64,000 nt of DNA from positions 256,001 to 320,000 of the forward strand of contig CAVXJS010000011.1 of the NCBI GenBank assembly GCA_963762145.1. The letters run 5' to 3'. The notes under the pieces are model-generated. The model was not told where the DNA came from and did no database searches. It was given only the letters and a program-made list of their open reading frames with translations. The DNA is from an uncultured Candidatus Rokubacteria bacterium (GTDB lineage Bacteria > Methylomirabilota > Methylomirabilia > Rokubacteriales > CSP1-6). Shown here in pieces: positions 26,105 through 35,407 of the stretch (the stretch's first letter is position 1; the number at the start of each line of letters is the position of its first letter). The position numbers were made by a program, and so were the translations under genes.

Positions 26105-27407
26105 GTGAGCACCATCAGCCGACGGAAGTTTCTGGGGAAGGCGGGACTCGTGGGAGCCGGGGCGGTCATGGCGGAGGGCGCGTTCCGGGGGGCGCGCGCG
26201 GAGAAGCCGGTCAACTTCTCGGGCTGGGTGTTCAAGCCCGACACCGTGAAGGACTACGTCGAGTACTACAACAAGAAGCACAACGGGCAGGTGAAGTACG
26301 AGGCGATCCCCTGGGCGAACTACCATCCCACCATGGAGACGCGGGCCTTCGCGGGCGAGGTGGTCGACGTGATGTACTGCAACGCGGCCAACCGGGAGCG
26401 CTGGTTCGAGAACGGGCCTGATCCGGGCCCTCGACGACCTTCCGGGCATGGACGAGCTGAAGAAGAAGATCGCCCCCGCCAACCTCGACAGCCTGAAGAG
26501 CCGCGACGGCAGCAAGGTCATCGCGCTGCCCTACTTCACGAGCCTCTTCATCCTGATCTACAACGAGCCGATGCTGCAGCAGGCCGGCATCAAGGCGCCC
26601 GGCCAAGATCGTGGGAGGAGCTGGTCGAGCACTGCACCAAGCTCAAGCGCGACAAGGTCAGCGACACCCCGTTCCTGCCGAACTGGAACAACAGCGGCTC
26701 CGGCACCATGCCCCAGTTCATCAGCGACTGTTTCTCGGAAGGCGCCAGCGTCTTCGACGCCAAGAACAAGGTGATCGCGGACCAGGAGCCGGGCGCGGCG
26801 CGGGCGATGGAGCGCTGGCAGAAGGTCTACAAGGCGGGGCTCGTGAACCCGGAGGTGCTCACCAAGACCTCGTCCACCGACACCCACCGGCTCTTCTGGA
26901 CCGGGCGCTACGCCTACCACACGAACCACTCCTACTACCTCAAGACGATCGCGGGCGAGCCGGAGAACTCCAAGCTCGCGCCCAAGAAGGCCAAGATGGC
27001 GATGTACCCGGGCAACGGGACCAGACCCACATGTTCACCGACTTCTACACGTGAACGCCAAGACCAAGGCGCTCGAGGACGCGTGGAAGCTCGCTAAGTT
27101 CCTGGGCGGCAACCTCAACGGGGACTGGTACGTGCAGCGACAGTGGTGCCTGCATCGCCGGCCTCGACAACCCGTACCCCGAGATGTACGACAACCCGGA
27201 GATCATCCAGTCCTACGACCGCTGGGTCGACCTCAAGCTCCTGCGCGAGCAGTACAAGAAGGGCAAGATCATCAGCGCCTTCAAGGAGCCGTGGTACGGC
27301 GAGTACGACAGCAAGGCGATCGCGATCGTGCACAACATCATCCGCGGCACCAGCCGGTGCCCAAGGGCCTGAAGGAGCTGGTCGCGCTGCAGAAGTCGCT
27401 GGCGTAG
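26105..27407 (+). pseudogene. Tat-exported carbohydrate-type ABC substrate-binding protein with several frameshifts
   Basis: SRRKFL Tat motif; the protein must be pieced together from ORFs starting at 26105, 26448, 27051 and 27184. Confidence 0.75.
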
Positions 27408-27417
27408 CTGGCGAGCC

Positions 27418-28397
27418 GTGACGACCCCGATCCGCCCCGGCTGCCGGCGCCGGGGCGCTGCTGCCGCCTCTCGCGAGGCGGCCTTCGCGTGGCTGCTGAT
27501 CGCGCCCGGCGGTCCTGGGCATCGTGCTGGTGGTGGTGTTCCCGCTCGCCTACTCGCTCTGGCTGTCCTTCACCGACGTCAACCTGCTGCGCGGCGGGCG
27601 GGCCCGCGATCGAGGCCTTCGGCGTCGCTGCGCCTGCCGCTCTACCGCTGGGTCGGCGTGCGGAACTACCTCCAGGTCTTCGAGGACCCGATCTACTGGG
27701 AGCTCCCTCTGGCGCACGCTCTACTTCGTCGGCGCCTTCGTGATCGAGGCGACGCTGGTGGGCATGGGAATGGCTCTCGTGCTCAACGAGCGCTTCCACG
27801 GGCGCCCCCTGCATGCGGAGCCTCCTGCTGGTGCCCTGGTCGCTCTCGCGCATCGTGGTCGGGCTGCTCTGGATCGGCATCCTCGACTTCGAGTTCGGCG
27901 CGCTCAACGGCCTGCTCCAGCCAGGCCGGGCTGGTCGACGGCTAGATCGCCTTCTTCAAGGACGGCTGGAGCGCGCTCAACGTGCTGGTCTCGGTCTACA
28001 TGTGGAACCAGGCGCCGTTCGCGACGCTGCTGTTCCTGGCCGGGATGCAGTCAATCTCGGAGGACCACTACGCCGCCGCCGAGGTGGACGGCGCGGGCTA
28101 CTGGCAGCGGCTTCTTCTACATCACGCTGCCCGCGCTGCGGCCGATCCTGTTCCTGGTGCTGGTGCTCTGCACCGTCAACGGCTTCCTCATGCTGGACCT
28201 GATCTTCATCCTCACGATGGGCGGGCCCGGGCAACGACACCACCACCGTCTCGTGGCTCGGCTTCCAGACCAGCTTCCGGTTCTTCAAGTTCGGGCCCGG
28301 GACGGCGATCCTCTACACGCTGACCGCCCTCTGCCTGTTCCTGACCGTCGATCTACCACCGGCTGATCCTGGCGCCGGTTCGAGCCGGAGGGCTGAG
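27418..28397 (+). pseudogene. Carbohydrate ABC permease (MalF-type) with several frameshifts and an in-frame stop
   Basis: Fragments FPLAYSLWLSFT, VGVRNY, MRSLLLVPW, APFATLLFLAGMQSI..YAAAEVDGA, YITLPALRP lie in different frames. Confidence 0.75.
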
Positions 28398-28398
28398 G

Positions 28399-29289
28399 AT
28401 GGCGCGGCGGACGCGGCGCGGCGGCGCCTACTGGGCGCCGCTCGGGACGGAGCCGGCTCGTGCTGTACGGCCTCGTCGCCGTGGTGTCGCTCTGGCTCGT
28501 GGGCCCCTTCGTCTGGCTCTTCGTGACCAGCGTCTCCTACCAGAAGAACCTGATGGCGCGGCCGCTCGCGTTGATCCCGCCCGAGGTCACGTGGGACAAC
28601 TACCGCATGGTCATCGGGCCTCATGCGCTTCCACGCCGAGGGCCAGGCCTCAAGATCCTGCCCTCGATGTGGAACACCTGCGTGGTGGCGGCGGTGGTGA
28701 CCGCGCTGAACCTGGTGGTGGGCACCACCGCCGGGTACGCCTACGCGCGCTTTCGCTTCCCGCTCAAGACGTTTTCGCTCTTCGCGCTGCTCTTCACCCG
28801 CATGCTGCCGACCATCGTGCTGATCCCCGCCTTCTTCCTCATGTTGCGGACGCTCGGGCTGCAGAACACCCTGACCGGTCTCGTGATCACCTACTGCTCA
28901 TTCACGCTGCCGTTCACGGTGTGGATCATGAAGGCCTACTTCGAGACGATCCCCGCCGACCTCGACAAGAGCGCGCTGGTGGACGGCTGCAACCGCTTCC
29001 AGGCCTACTACAAGTCGTGCTCCCGGTGTCGGGGCCGGGGCTGGTGGCGGGCGGGGCGTTCACGTTCATGCTGTGCTGGAACGAGTTCGTGGTGGCCCAG
29101 GTGCTCAATACCAAGCCGGGTACCACGACGCTGCCCCCGGTGATCGCGGGCATGAACGGGCAGGTGAACGTGGACTACTCGGTGATCGCGGCTTCCGGCT
29201 TCCTGGGCGCGCTGCCCGCGGTGCTGCTCGTGCTGATCTTCCAGAAGTACATGGTGCAGGGGCTCACCGCGGGATCGGTCAAGGGCTGA
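28399..29289 (+). pseudogene. Carbohydrate ABC permease (MalG-type), frameshifted
   Basis: AGYAYARFRF, LPFTVWIMKAYFETIP, SALVDG, CWNEF, FQKYMVQGLTAGSVKG span two frames. Confidence 0.78.
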
Positions 29290-30226
29290 CCGGCCGCGGA
29301 CCGGGCAGGGGCGGCGGCCGGCGCATGAGGCCTCGTCCCGGGAACCCGTGGCGGGAGTAGACCACCAGCTCCTCGACGAACTGCGCGGCGTACGGCGCGT
29401 GAAAGCGTCGCGGATCCCAGGCGATGCTCGCCCAGGTCCCGAGGACCACCCCGCGCTGGACGATCGGTAACGCCCGGACGCCGCCGCTCCGGGGGATCTG
29501 CGCGTTGGACGGGACGATGGCGATGCCATACCCGGCCCGGGCCAGCGCGACGAGGGTGTCGGGCGCGCCGCTCTCGAGCAGGACGTGCGGCCGGAGATGC
29601 GCCACCTGACAGGCCGCATCGAACCACTGGCGTGATCCGAAGTCGCGCTTCGGCAGGAGCAGCGGCGCGCCGGCCAGCTCTTCGATCTCCAGGGTGGCGC
29701 GGCGGCTCAGCCGATGCGCCCTGGGCAGCACGGCCAGGACGTACAGGGGCGCGAGCGCGCGCCAGTGGAAGCGCGCGTCGCCGGCCGGCATGAGGGCGAG
29801 ATTCACATCGCCCCGCTCGAGGCGGGTCGGGAGGCGGACGCCGCCGTCCTCGACCAGGTGTACCTCGACGCCCCGGTGGCGTCGCCGATAGCGCGGAAGG
29901 AATCGGGCGAGCAGGGTCTCCATGGCCTGCGGTGTCGCTCCCACCCGGAGCACTCCGGTCTGGCCGCCCTTGAGAGCCCGCGCCCGCTCGCCGAGCGACT
30001 CGGCGTCGGTCAGCAGGCGGCGGCTCCGCTCGAGCAGGTCCTCGCCCTCCGACGTGAGCTGGACGCGGCGCCCGATCCGGTCGAAGAGCCGCACCCCCAG
30101 CTCCGTCTCGAGCGCGTGAATCTGCCGTGACAGCGCGGGCTGGCTGAGGTTGACCCGGGCGGCCGCCCGGGCGAAGCCGCCGGCGTCCACGACCGCCACG
30201 AACGCGCGTAGCCGTCTCAGGTCCAC
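29279..30226 (-). CDS. LysR-family transcriptional regulator
   Basis: DLRRLRAF, FARAAARVNLSQPALSRQIHALE, LFDRIGRRVQLT. Confidence 0.93.
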   Translation of the reverse strand: MDLRRLRAFVAVVDAGGFARAAARVNLSQPALSRQIHALETELGVRLFDRIGRRVQLTSEGEDLLERSRRLLTDAESLGERARALKGGQTGVLRVGATPQAMETLLARFLPRYRRRHRGVEVHLVEDGGVRLPTRLERGDVNLALMPAGDARFHWRALAPLYVLAVLPRAHRLSRRATLEIEELAGAPLLLPKRDFGSRQWFDAACQVAHLRPHVLLESGAPDTLVALARAGYGIAIVPSNAQIPRSGGVRALPIVQRGVVLGTWASIAWDPRRFHAPYAAQFVEELVVYSRHGFPGRGLMRRPPPLPGPRPVSP

Positions 30227-30233
30227 GGATTCA

Positions 30234-30248
30234 ATGCACCTTGCGCAT
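30234..30248. promoter_or_regulatory. Putative LysR recognition site ATGC-N7-GCAT (T-N11-A)
   Basis: Dyad in the short divergent intergenic region beside the LysR start. Confidence 0.55.
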
Positions 30249-30308
30249 CGATCATACGACAAGAAATGCATTGGACACATCGACGCTCGCAGGCCCACTG
30301 TGGCGGCC

Positions 30309-30737
30309 ATGTTCGACATCGACCATCTCGTCGCCGACTGCCACGCCGCGCTCATCGAGCCGTCCCCCCAGGTGCGGATCCGGGAGCTCGTCGCCCGCGC
30401 GGTGAGCCAGCCGTCCGAGGTCGAGCGGGCGCTCGGAACGCCCCGTCTGGGTGGGCTGTTTTCGCTGCATCGATCGCCCGGGCTGACCATCCTCAACGTG
30501 GTCTGGGCGCCCGGCATGGCCATCTACCCACACGATCACCGCATGTGGGCCGTCGCCAACCCCCTGCGCGCGTTCACCGGGGCCCTGCACATCTATGGCG
30601 GCGACTTCTTCGGCGCCGCGCGCAGCGAGTGGACGCCGGGCTCGCTCGTCGAGCGTCCCTTCGACGTGGAGCGGGTCCACCAGGTGTACGCGGAGGCGAA
30701 CGAACGCTGGACCCGGGAACAGGAGGCCGCCCGATGA
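30309..30737 (+). CDS. Cysteine-dioxygenase-like cupin, probably with an internal in-frame deletion
   Basis: LTILNVVWAPGM.IYPHDHRMWAV is joined directly to ANPLRAFTGALHIYGGDFF. Confidence 0.65.
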   Translation: MFDIDHLVADCHAALIEPSPQVRIRELVARAVSQPSEVERALGTPRLGGLFSLHRSPGLTILNVVWAPGMAIYPHDHRMWAVANPLRAFTGALHIYGGDFFGAARSEWTPGSLVERPFDVERVHQVYAEANERWTREQEAAR

Positions 30738-32062
30738 GCCATCAGTGGATGCGTCCACTATCGATCCTCTCGGTCACTCTCGTGCTCGGCATCGGCGCGG
30801 GCGCCGCCCCGTCGGCGGCCGACGAGGTGCTCGCCTGGAACGTCACCGCCCTCGAGGCGGCCGGCGCCGGCGGGCAGAACAATGTCGTCATCACCCGGAC
30901 CCTGGCCATGGTGCACCTGGCCGTGCACGACGCGCTGAACTCCATCAGCCGCCGCTACGAGCCCTACGCTCGGGAGGGACGCGCCGAGCCGGGCGCGGAT
31001 CCCTCGGCCGCGATCGGCGCGGCCGCCCGCGACGTCCTGGTAGACCTGATCCCGCGCTACGGCAGCGCGGCCCAGCAGACGAAGGCGGCCGATCTCGTCG
31101 ACCGGGCGCACCGGGAAGCCCTGGCGCGGCTGCCCGACGGGCTCGCCAAGAACCACGGAGTCGCCACCGGCCAGGCCGCGGCGGCCGCGATACTCGCGTT
31201 GCGACGCTGGGATGGTGCCTTCGCCCCCGCCCAGTACACGCCGGGCACCGCACCGGGGCAGTGGCGGCCGCATCCGAACCCGGTACCCCCCAATCCGCCG
31301 GTGGCCGATCCCGCGGTGGCGGCCGGGAACCAGCCCGCGATGCAGCCCCAGTGGGGCCAGGTGATGCCGTTCACCATGCTTGGGCCGGGCCAGTTCCGTC
31401 TCCCGTCGCCGCCCGCGCTCGCCAGTGAGGCCTACGCGCGCGACTACATCGAGGTCAAGCGGGTGGGCGGCAAGGACAGCGCCGCCCGAACGCCGCAGCA
31501 GGCCGAGATCGTCCGGTACTGGTACGAGGGCTCACCCCAGGGCTGGAACCGGATCGCGCGGGTCGTCGCCGGGCAGCGGCGCCTCGATGCCTGGGAACAC
31601 GCGCGTTTGCTCGCGCTCCTCAACGCGGCCATGGCCGACGGGTTCATCGCGGCGGCCGAAACGCGCTACCACTACAACCTCTGGCGGCCGGTCACCGCGA
31701 TCAGGGCCGGCGACACCGACGGCAACGACCTGACCGAGCCGGACCGGGCCTGGGAGACGTACGTGAACACCCCGCCGATGCCCGACTATCCTTCGACCCA
31801 CAGCGTGTTGGGCGCGGCCGCGGCCGTCGTCATGGCCCGGTTCTTCGGGACCGACCAGATCGCGTTCACGATGACCAGCGGGGCCCCATTCGCGGGGATC
31901 ACGCGCTCGTTCACGAGCCTCTCGCAGGCGGCGCGCGAGAACGCCGACTCGCGCGTCCTGGGCGGCGTCCATTTCCGCAGCGCCTGCGAGGCCGGCCTGG
32001 CCCTGGGGGAGAGGATCGGGCGTCTCTCGATCGCCCAGCATCTGCAGCGCCACCAGCCGTGA
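30734..32062 (+). CDS. Exported vanadium-dependent haloperoxidase-like (PAP2 superfamily) protein
   Basis: Signal peptide; RYHYNLWRP, PDYPSTH, SRVLGGVHF motifs. Confidence 0.82.
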   Translation: MSHQWMRPLSILSVTLVLGIGAGAAPSAADEVLAWNVTALEAAGAGGQNNVVITRTLAMVHLAVHDALNSISRRYEPYAREGRAEPGADPSAAIGAAARDVLVDLIPRYGSAAQQTKAADLVDRAHREALARLPDGLAKNHGVATGQAAAAAILALRRWDGAFAPAQYTPGTAPGQWRPHPNPVPPNPPVADPAVAAGNQPAMQPQWGQVMPFTMLGPGQFRLPSPPALASEAYARDYIEVKRVGGKDSAARTPQQAEIVRYWYEGSPQGWNRIARVVAGQRRLDAWEHARLLALLNAAMADGFIAAAETRYHYNLWRPVTAIRAGDTDGNDLTEPDRAWETYVNTPPMPDYPSTHSVLGAAAAVVMARFFGTDQIAFTMTSGAPFAGITRSFTSLSQAARENADSRVLGGVHFRSACEAGLALGERIGRLSIAQHLQRHQP

Positions 32063-32088
32063 GGCGGGGGCGTTCACGGAGGTGAGCC

Positions 32089-32901
32089 ATGCCCGACGTA
32101 TTCGAGAACCTCGCGGCGGCGCCGCCGCCGATGCTCGAGATGATCGCCCACGTCCTGGAGTTGCGCGCGTCGATCCCCCAGCAGCAGGAGATGCAGCGCA
32201 CCTACCTGGCAGACATCGAGTTCCCGGACGGGTCCGAGGTCCTCGAGATCGGCTGTGGAACCGGCGCGGTCGCGCGCGTCCTCGCCGCGTGGCCCAACGT
32301 CGGACACGTCCTGGGCGTGGATCCCTCGCCCTACCTGATCGAACGGGCGCGCGCGCTCAGCCACGCACCCAATCTGACTTTCGAGGTCGGTGACGGACGG
32401 GCGCTCGACTCGAAGGACGGGAGCTTCGACGTTGTCATCCTCCACACCGTGCTGACCCACGTGCAACGGCCCGAGACGCTGCTGGCGGAGGCCCACCGGG
32501 TTCTCCGTTCCGGCGGCTGGCTGGGCGTCTGCGATGGCGACTTCTCGACGGCCACGCTGGCCACGGGGGATCTCGACCCGCTGGAGGTCTGCGTCCACGC
32601 GTTCGTCGACGGCTTCGTGAACGACCGCTGGATGGTGCGGCGCATGAGCGCTCTGGCCGCGGCCGCCGGGTTCGAGGTGTCGCCCCTGCGGAGCTACGGC
32701 CTGGTGGAGACCACGAAGCCCGGCCTCAGCCCCACCTGGGTCGATCGCGGCGCCGACGTGCTCGTCAGCCGAGGGAGGATCAGCCAGGAGCTCGCGGCGG
32801 CCCTGAAGGCGGAGGCGAAGCGCCGTGCCGAGACCGGCGCGTTCTTCGGCTACATGGCGTACGCGAGCATGGTCGGTCGGAAGGCTCAGGCGGGCAGGTA
32901 G
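32089..32901 (+). CDS. Class I SAM-dependent methyltransferase
   Basis: VLEIGCGTG, GVDPS, GDG, SFDVV, RVLRSGG. Confidence 0.9.
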   Translation: MPDVFENLAAAPPPMLEMIAHVLELRASIPQQQEMQRTYLADIEFPDGSEVLEIGCGTGAVARVLAAWPNVGHVLGVDPSPYLIERARALSHAPNLTFEVGDGRALDSKDGSFDVVILHTVLTHVQRPETLLAEAHRVLRSGGWLGVCDGDFSTATLATGDLDPLEVCVHAFVDGFVNDRWMVRRMSALAAAAGFEVSPLRSYGLVETTKPGLSPTWVDRGADVLVSRGRISQELAAALKAEAKRRAETGAFFGYMAYASMVGRKAQAGR

Positions 32902-33336
32902 AGGCGGGTGAAATGGTCGTCGGTCACCTGGCCGTCGGGGCTGACCGTGAAGTTCGACGTGATCAGGCCCTGCGCGCCCGCGAAGCGGCCCTCGCCACCC
33001 GTGATGCGCCACATGACCACGCCGTGGCTCCAGCCCGCCGTCCGGGGCCGGACCGACGTGTCCGCGGCCCACCGTGACGAAGGAGACGGCGCCCGCCGCC
33101 CCGTAAGTGATGGTGCCGTCCTCGACGAAGGTGCCGTCGGGGAAGCGCTCCACCCGGGACTCGAGCACCGCGGACTCGCCCGCGCACGGGCTCCACCAGG
33201 CGCTCACGCCATCGCGGGCCACGACGGTGCGGAGCGTCTGGCTCGGCGCGGTGGTGCGCGCCTGGCGCTTCGTGGTCGAGCCGGGCACCGGCCCGCCGCG
33301 GCCCCGGAACTCGAGCGCGAAGACGAGCTCGCGCAC
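32886..33336 (-). pseudogene. Hypothetical beta-rich protein, frameshifted near 33040
   Basis: VRELVFALEFRG...EDGTITYG, then in another frame HGVVMWRITGGEGRFAGAQGLITSNFTV. Confidence 0.55.
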
Positions 33337-33338
33337 GG

Positions 33339-34430
33339 CTAGAACACGATGACGCCGCGGCCGAGCTCGCCGGCGGCGAGCGCGCGGAACGCCTCGTTGG
33401 CGTCCTCGAGCGCGTAGCGATGGGTGATCATCTCGTCGATGCGCAGCTTGCCGGCCTGGTAGAGGCTCACCAGCCGCGGCAGGTCCTCGCGTGTGCGCGC
33501 GCTGCCGTAGCTCGAGCCGCGGATGACGCGCTCGCCGGTGACGATCGGGCGCGCGTCCATCGGCACGGTGGCGCCGCTCTCCGGCACCCCGATCAGCACG
33601 CAGGTGCCGCCCGGGGCCAGGGCGTCCATCGCCTGGGTGATCGGGCGGGTCGCGCCCACCGCCACGAAGGTGTAGTCGGCCCCGCGGCCGGTGATGCGGC
33701 GGATCGCGGCGGCGGGATCTTCCTTCGACGCGTCGATCGCGTGAGTCGCGCCCACCGCGCGCGCGTGGTCGAGCTTGGAGGGGAGCAGATCCACCGCGAT
33801 GATCGGATGCGCGGCCACCATCGCGCCGCCCTGGATCACGTTGAGGCCGACGCCGCCCACCCCGAAGACGGCCATGCTCGCCCCCGCGGGCACCGCCGCG
33901 GTATTGATCACCGCGCCGACCCCGGTCATCACCGAGCAGCCGATCAGGGCCGCGCGGTCCAGCGGCATCGCGGGATCGATGCGGATCGCGCACGACTCGT
34001 GCACCACCGTGCGCGAGGCGTAGGTGGCCACGTGGCCATAGTGGTAGACGGGTGAGCCGCCAAGACTCATCCGGGTCGTCCCGTCGGGCAGCACGCCCTT
34101 GCCGGGCTGGCGGCGCTCGCAGAGATTCGGCCGGCCGATGACGCAGTAGTGGCAGCGCCCGCACGTGGGCGCCCAGGATAGGATCACGTGATCGCCGACC
34201 GCGAGCTCGGCCACGCCGGGGCCGAGGGCCTCCACCACGCCCGCGCCCTCGTCGCCCAGCACGATCGGCAGCGGCACGCCCTTCCAGGAGCCGTCGGCGG
34301 CGTGCAGGCAGCTGTGGCAGACGCCGCTCGCGGCCATGCGGACCAGGACTTCTCCTTGGCGCGGGGCCTCGAGCGCCACCTCCTCCACCCGCTGCGGCTT
34401 GCCCTGCTCGAAGAGAACGGCTGCGCGCAT
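33339..34430 (-). CDS. Zn-dependent alcohol dehydrogenase (class III-like)
   Basis: GVCHS, CGRCHYCVIGRPNLC, GCSVMTGVGA, GVGGVG; GDEGAG replaces the usual GHEGAG. Confidence 0.9.
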   Translation of the reverse strand: MRAAVLFEQGKPQRVEEVALEAPRQGEVLVRMAASGVCHSCLHAADGSWKGVPLPIVLGDEGAGVVEALGPGVAELAVGDHVILSWAPTCGRCHYCVIGRPNLCERRQPGKGVLPDGTTRMSLGGSPVYHYGHVATYASRTVVHESCAIRIDPAMPLDRAALIGCSVMTGVGAVINTAAVPAGASMAVFGVGGVGLNVIQGGAMVAAHPIIAVDLLPSKLDHARAVGATHAIDASKEDPAAAIRRITGRGADYTFVAVGATRPITQAMDALAPGGTCVLIGVPESGATVPMDARPIVTGERVIRGSSYGSARTREDLPRLVSLYQAGKLRIDEMITHRYALEDANEAFRALAAGELGRGVIVF

Positions 34431-34447
34431 GACGGCCTCCGTGGGAC

Positions 34448-35401
34448 TCAGCGGCTGTAGCGGATCCGCGGATCGAGATAGCTGTAGAGCAGATCCACCG
34501 CCAGGTTGATGGACATGAACAGGACCGCGATGAACAGGATGGTGGACTGGGTGAGCGGGTAGTCGCGCTGGTAGATGGACCACAGCACCAGGCGGCCGAT
34601 GCCGGGGAGCGTGAAGACCTCCTCCACCACCACGGTGCCGCCGAGCAGGATGCCGATCTGGAGCCCCACCACCGTGACGACCGGGATCAGCGCGTTGCGG
34701 AGGGCGTGCTTGAGCACGACGACGCGCGAGGCGAGACCCTTGGCCGCCGCGGTGCGGATGTATTCCGAGTTGAGCACGTCGAGCATGCAGGCCCGTGTGG
34801 TGCGCGCGATGTTGGCCGCGCTCGCGGTGCCGAGACAGAGCGCGGGGAGCATCATGATCGTGAGGTTACGGCCGGGATCGGTCCAGAAGTCCACCCACAC
34901 CACCGGCGGCATCCAGCGCAGGTAGAGCGAGAAGAAGAGGATGAGCATGGTGCCCTGCCAGAACACCGGCACCGAGAGCCCGAGCAGGGTGCCCACCCGC
35001 GTGACGTTGTCCACCGCCTGGTCGCGGCGGATGGCCGAGACGATGCCCGCGACGCCGCCCAGGACGAGCGCGAAGGCCATCGCGAACAGGGTGAGCTCGA
35101 GGGTGACCGGCAGCCGCTCCAGGATGAGCGTGACCACCGGCTTGCCGGTCCGCCACGAGGTGCCGAAGTCCCCCTGCACGAGGCGCCCGAGCCAGCGCCC
35201 GTACTGCAGGTACCAGGGCTGGTCCAGGCCGAAGAAGCGCGTGAGCTCGGCCACCATGGCCGGGCTCGCGATGGCGTCGGCGCCGATCATCTGCTCGACC
35301 ACGGTGCCCGGGATCAGGCGCAGCATCAGGAACACCAGCACCGTCAGGCCCAGCAGGGTCAGGGCCATCGAGTACAGGCGGACGATCAGATACCGGGTCA
35401 C
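34448..35401 (-). CDS. Peptide/nickel ABC permease (DppB/OppB-like)
   Basis: GLDQP, ERLPVTLEL, YIRTAAAKGL, KHALRNALIP, LDPRIR. Confidence 0.93.
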   Translation of the reverse strand: MTRYLIVRLYSMALTLLGLTVLVFLMLRLIPGTVVEQMIGADAIASPAMVAELTRFFGLDQPWYLQYGRWLGRLVQGDFGTSWRTGKPVVTLILERLPVTLELTLFAMAFALVLGGVAGIVSAIRRDQAVDNVTRVGTLLGLSVPVFWQGTMLILFFSLYLRWMPPVVWVDFWTDPGRNLTIMMLPALCLGTASAANIARTTRACMLDVLNSEYIRTAAAKGLASRVVVLKHALRNALIPVVTVVGLQIGILLGGTVVVEEVFTLPGIGRLVLWSIYQRDYPLTQSTILFIAVLFMSINLAVDLLYSYLDPRIRYSR

Positions 35402-35407
35402 GCGAAA

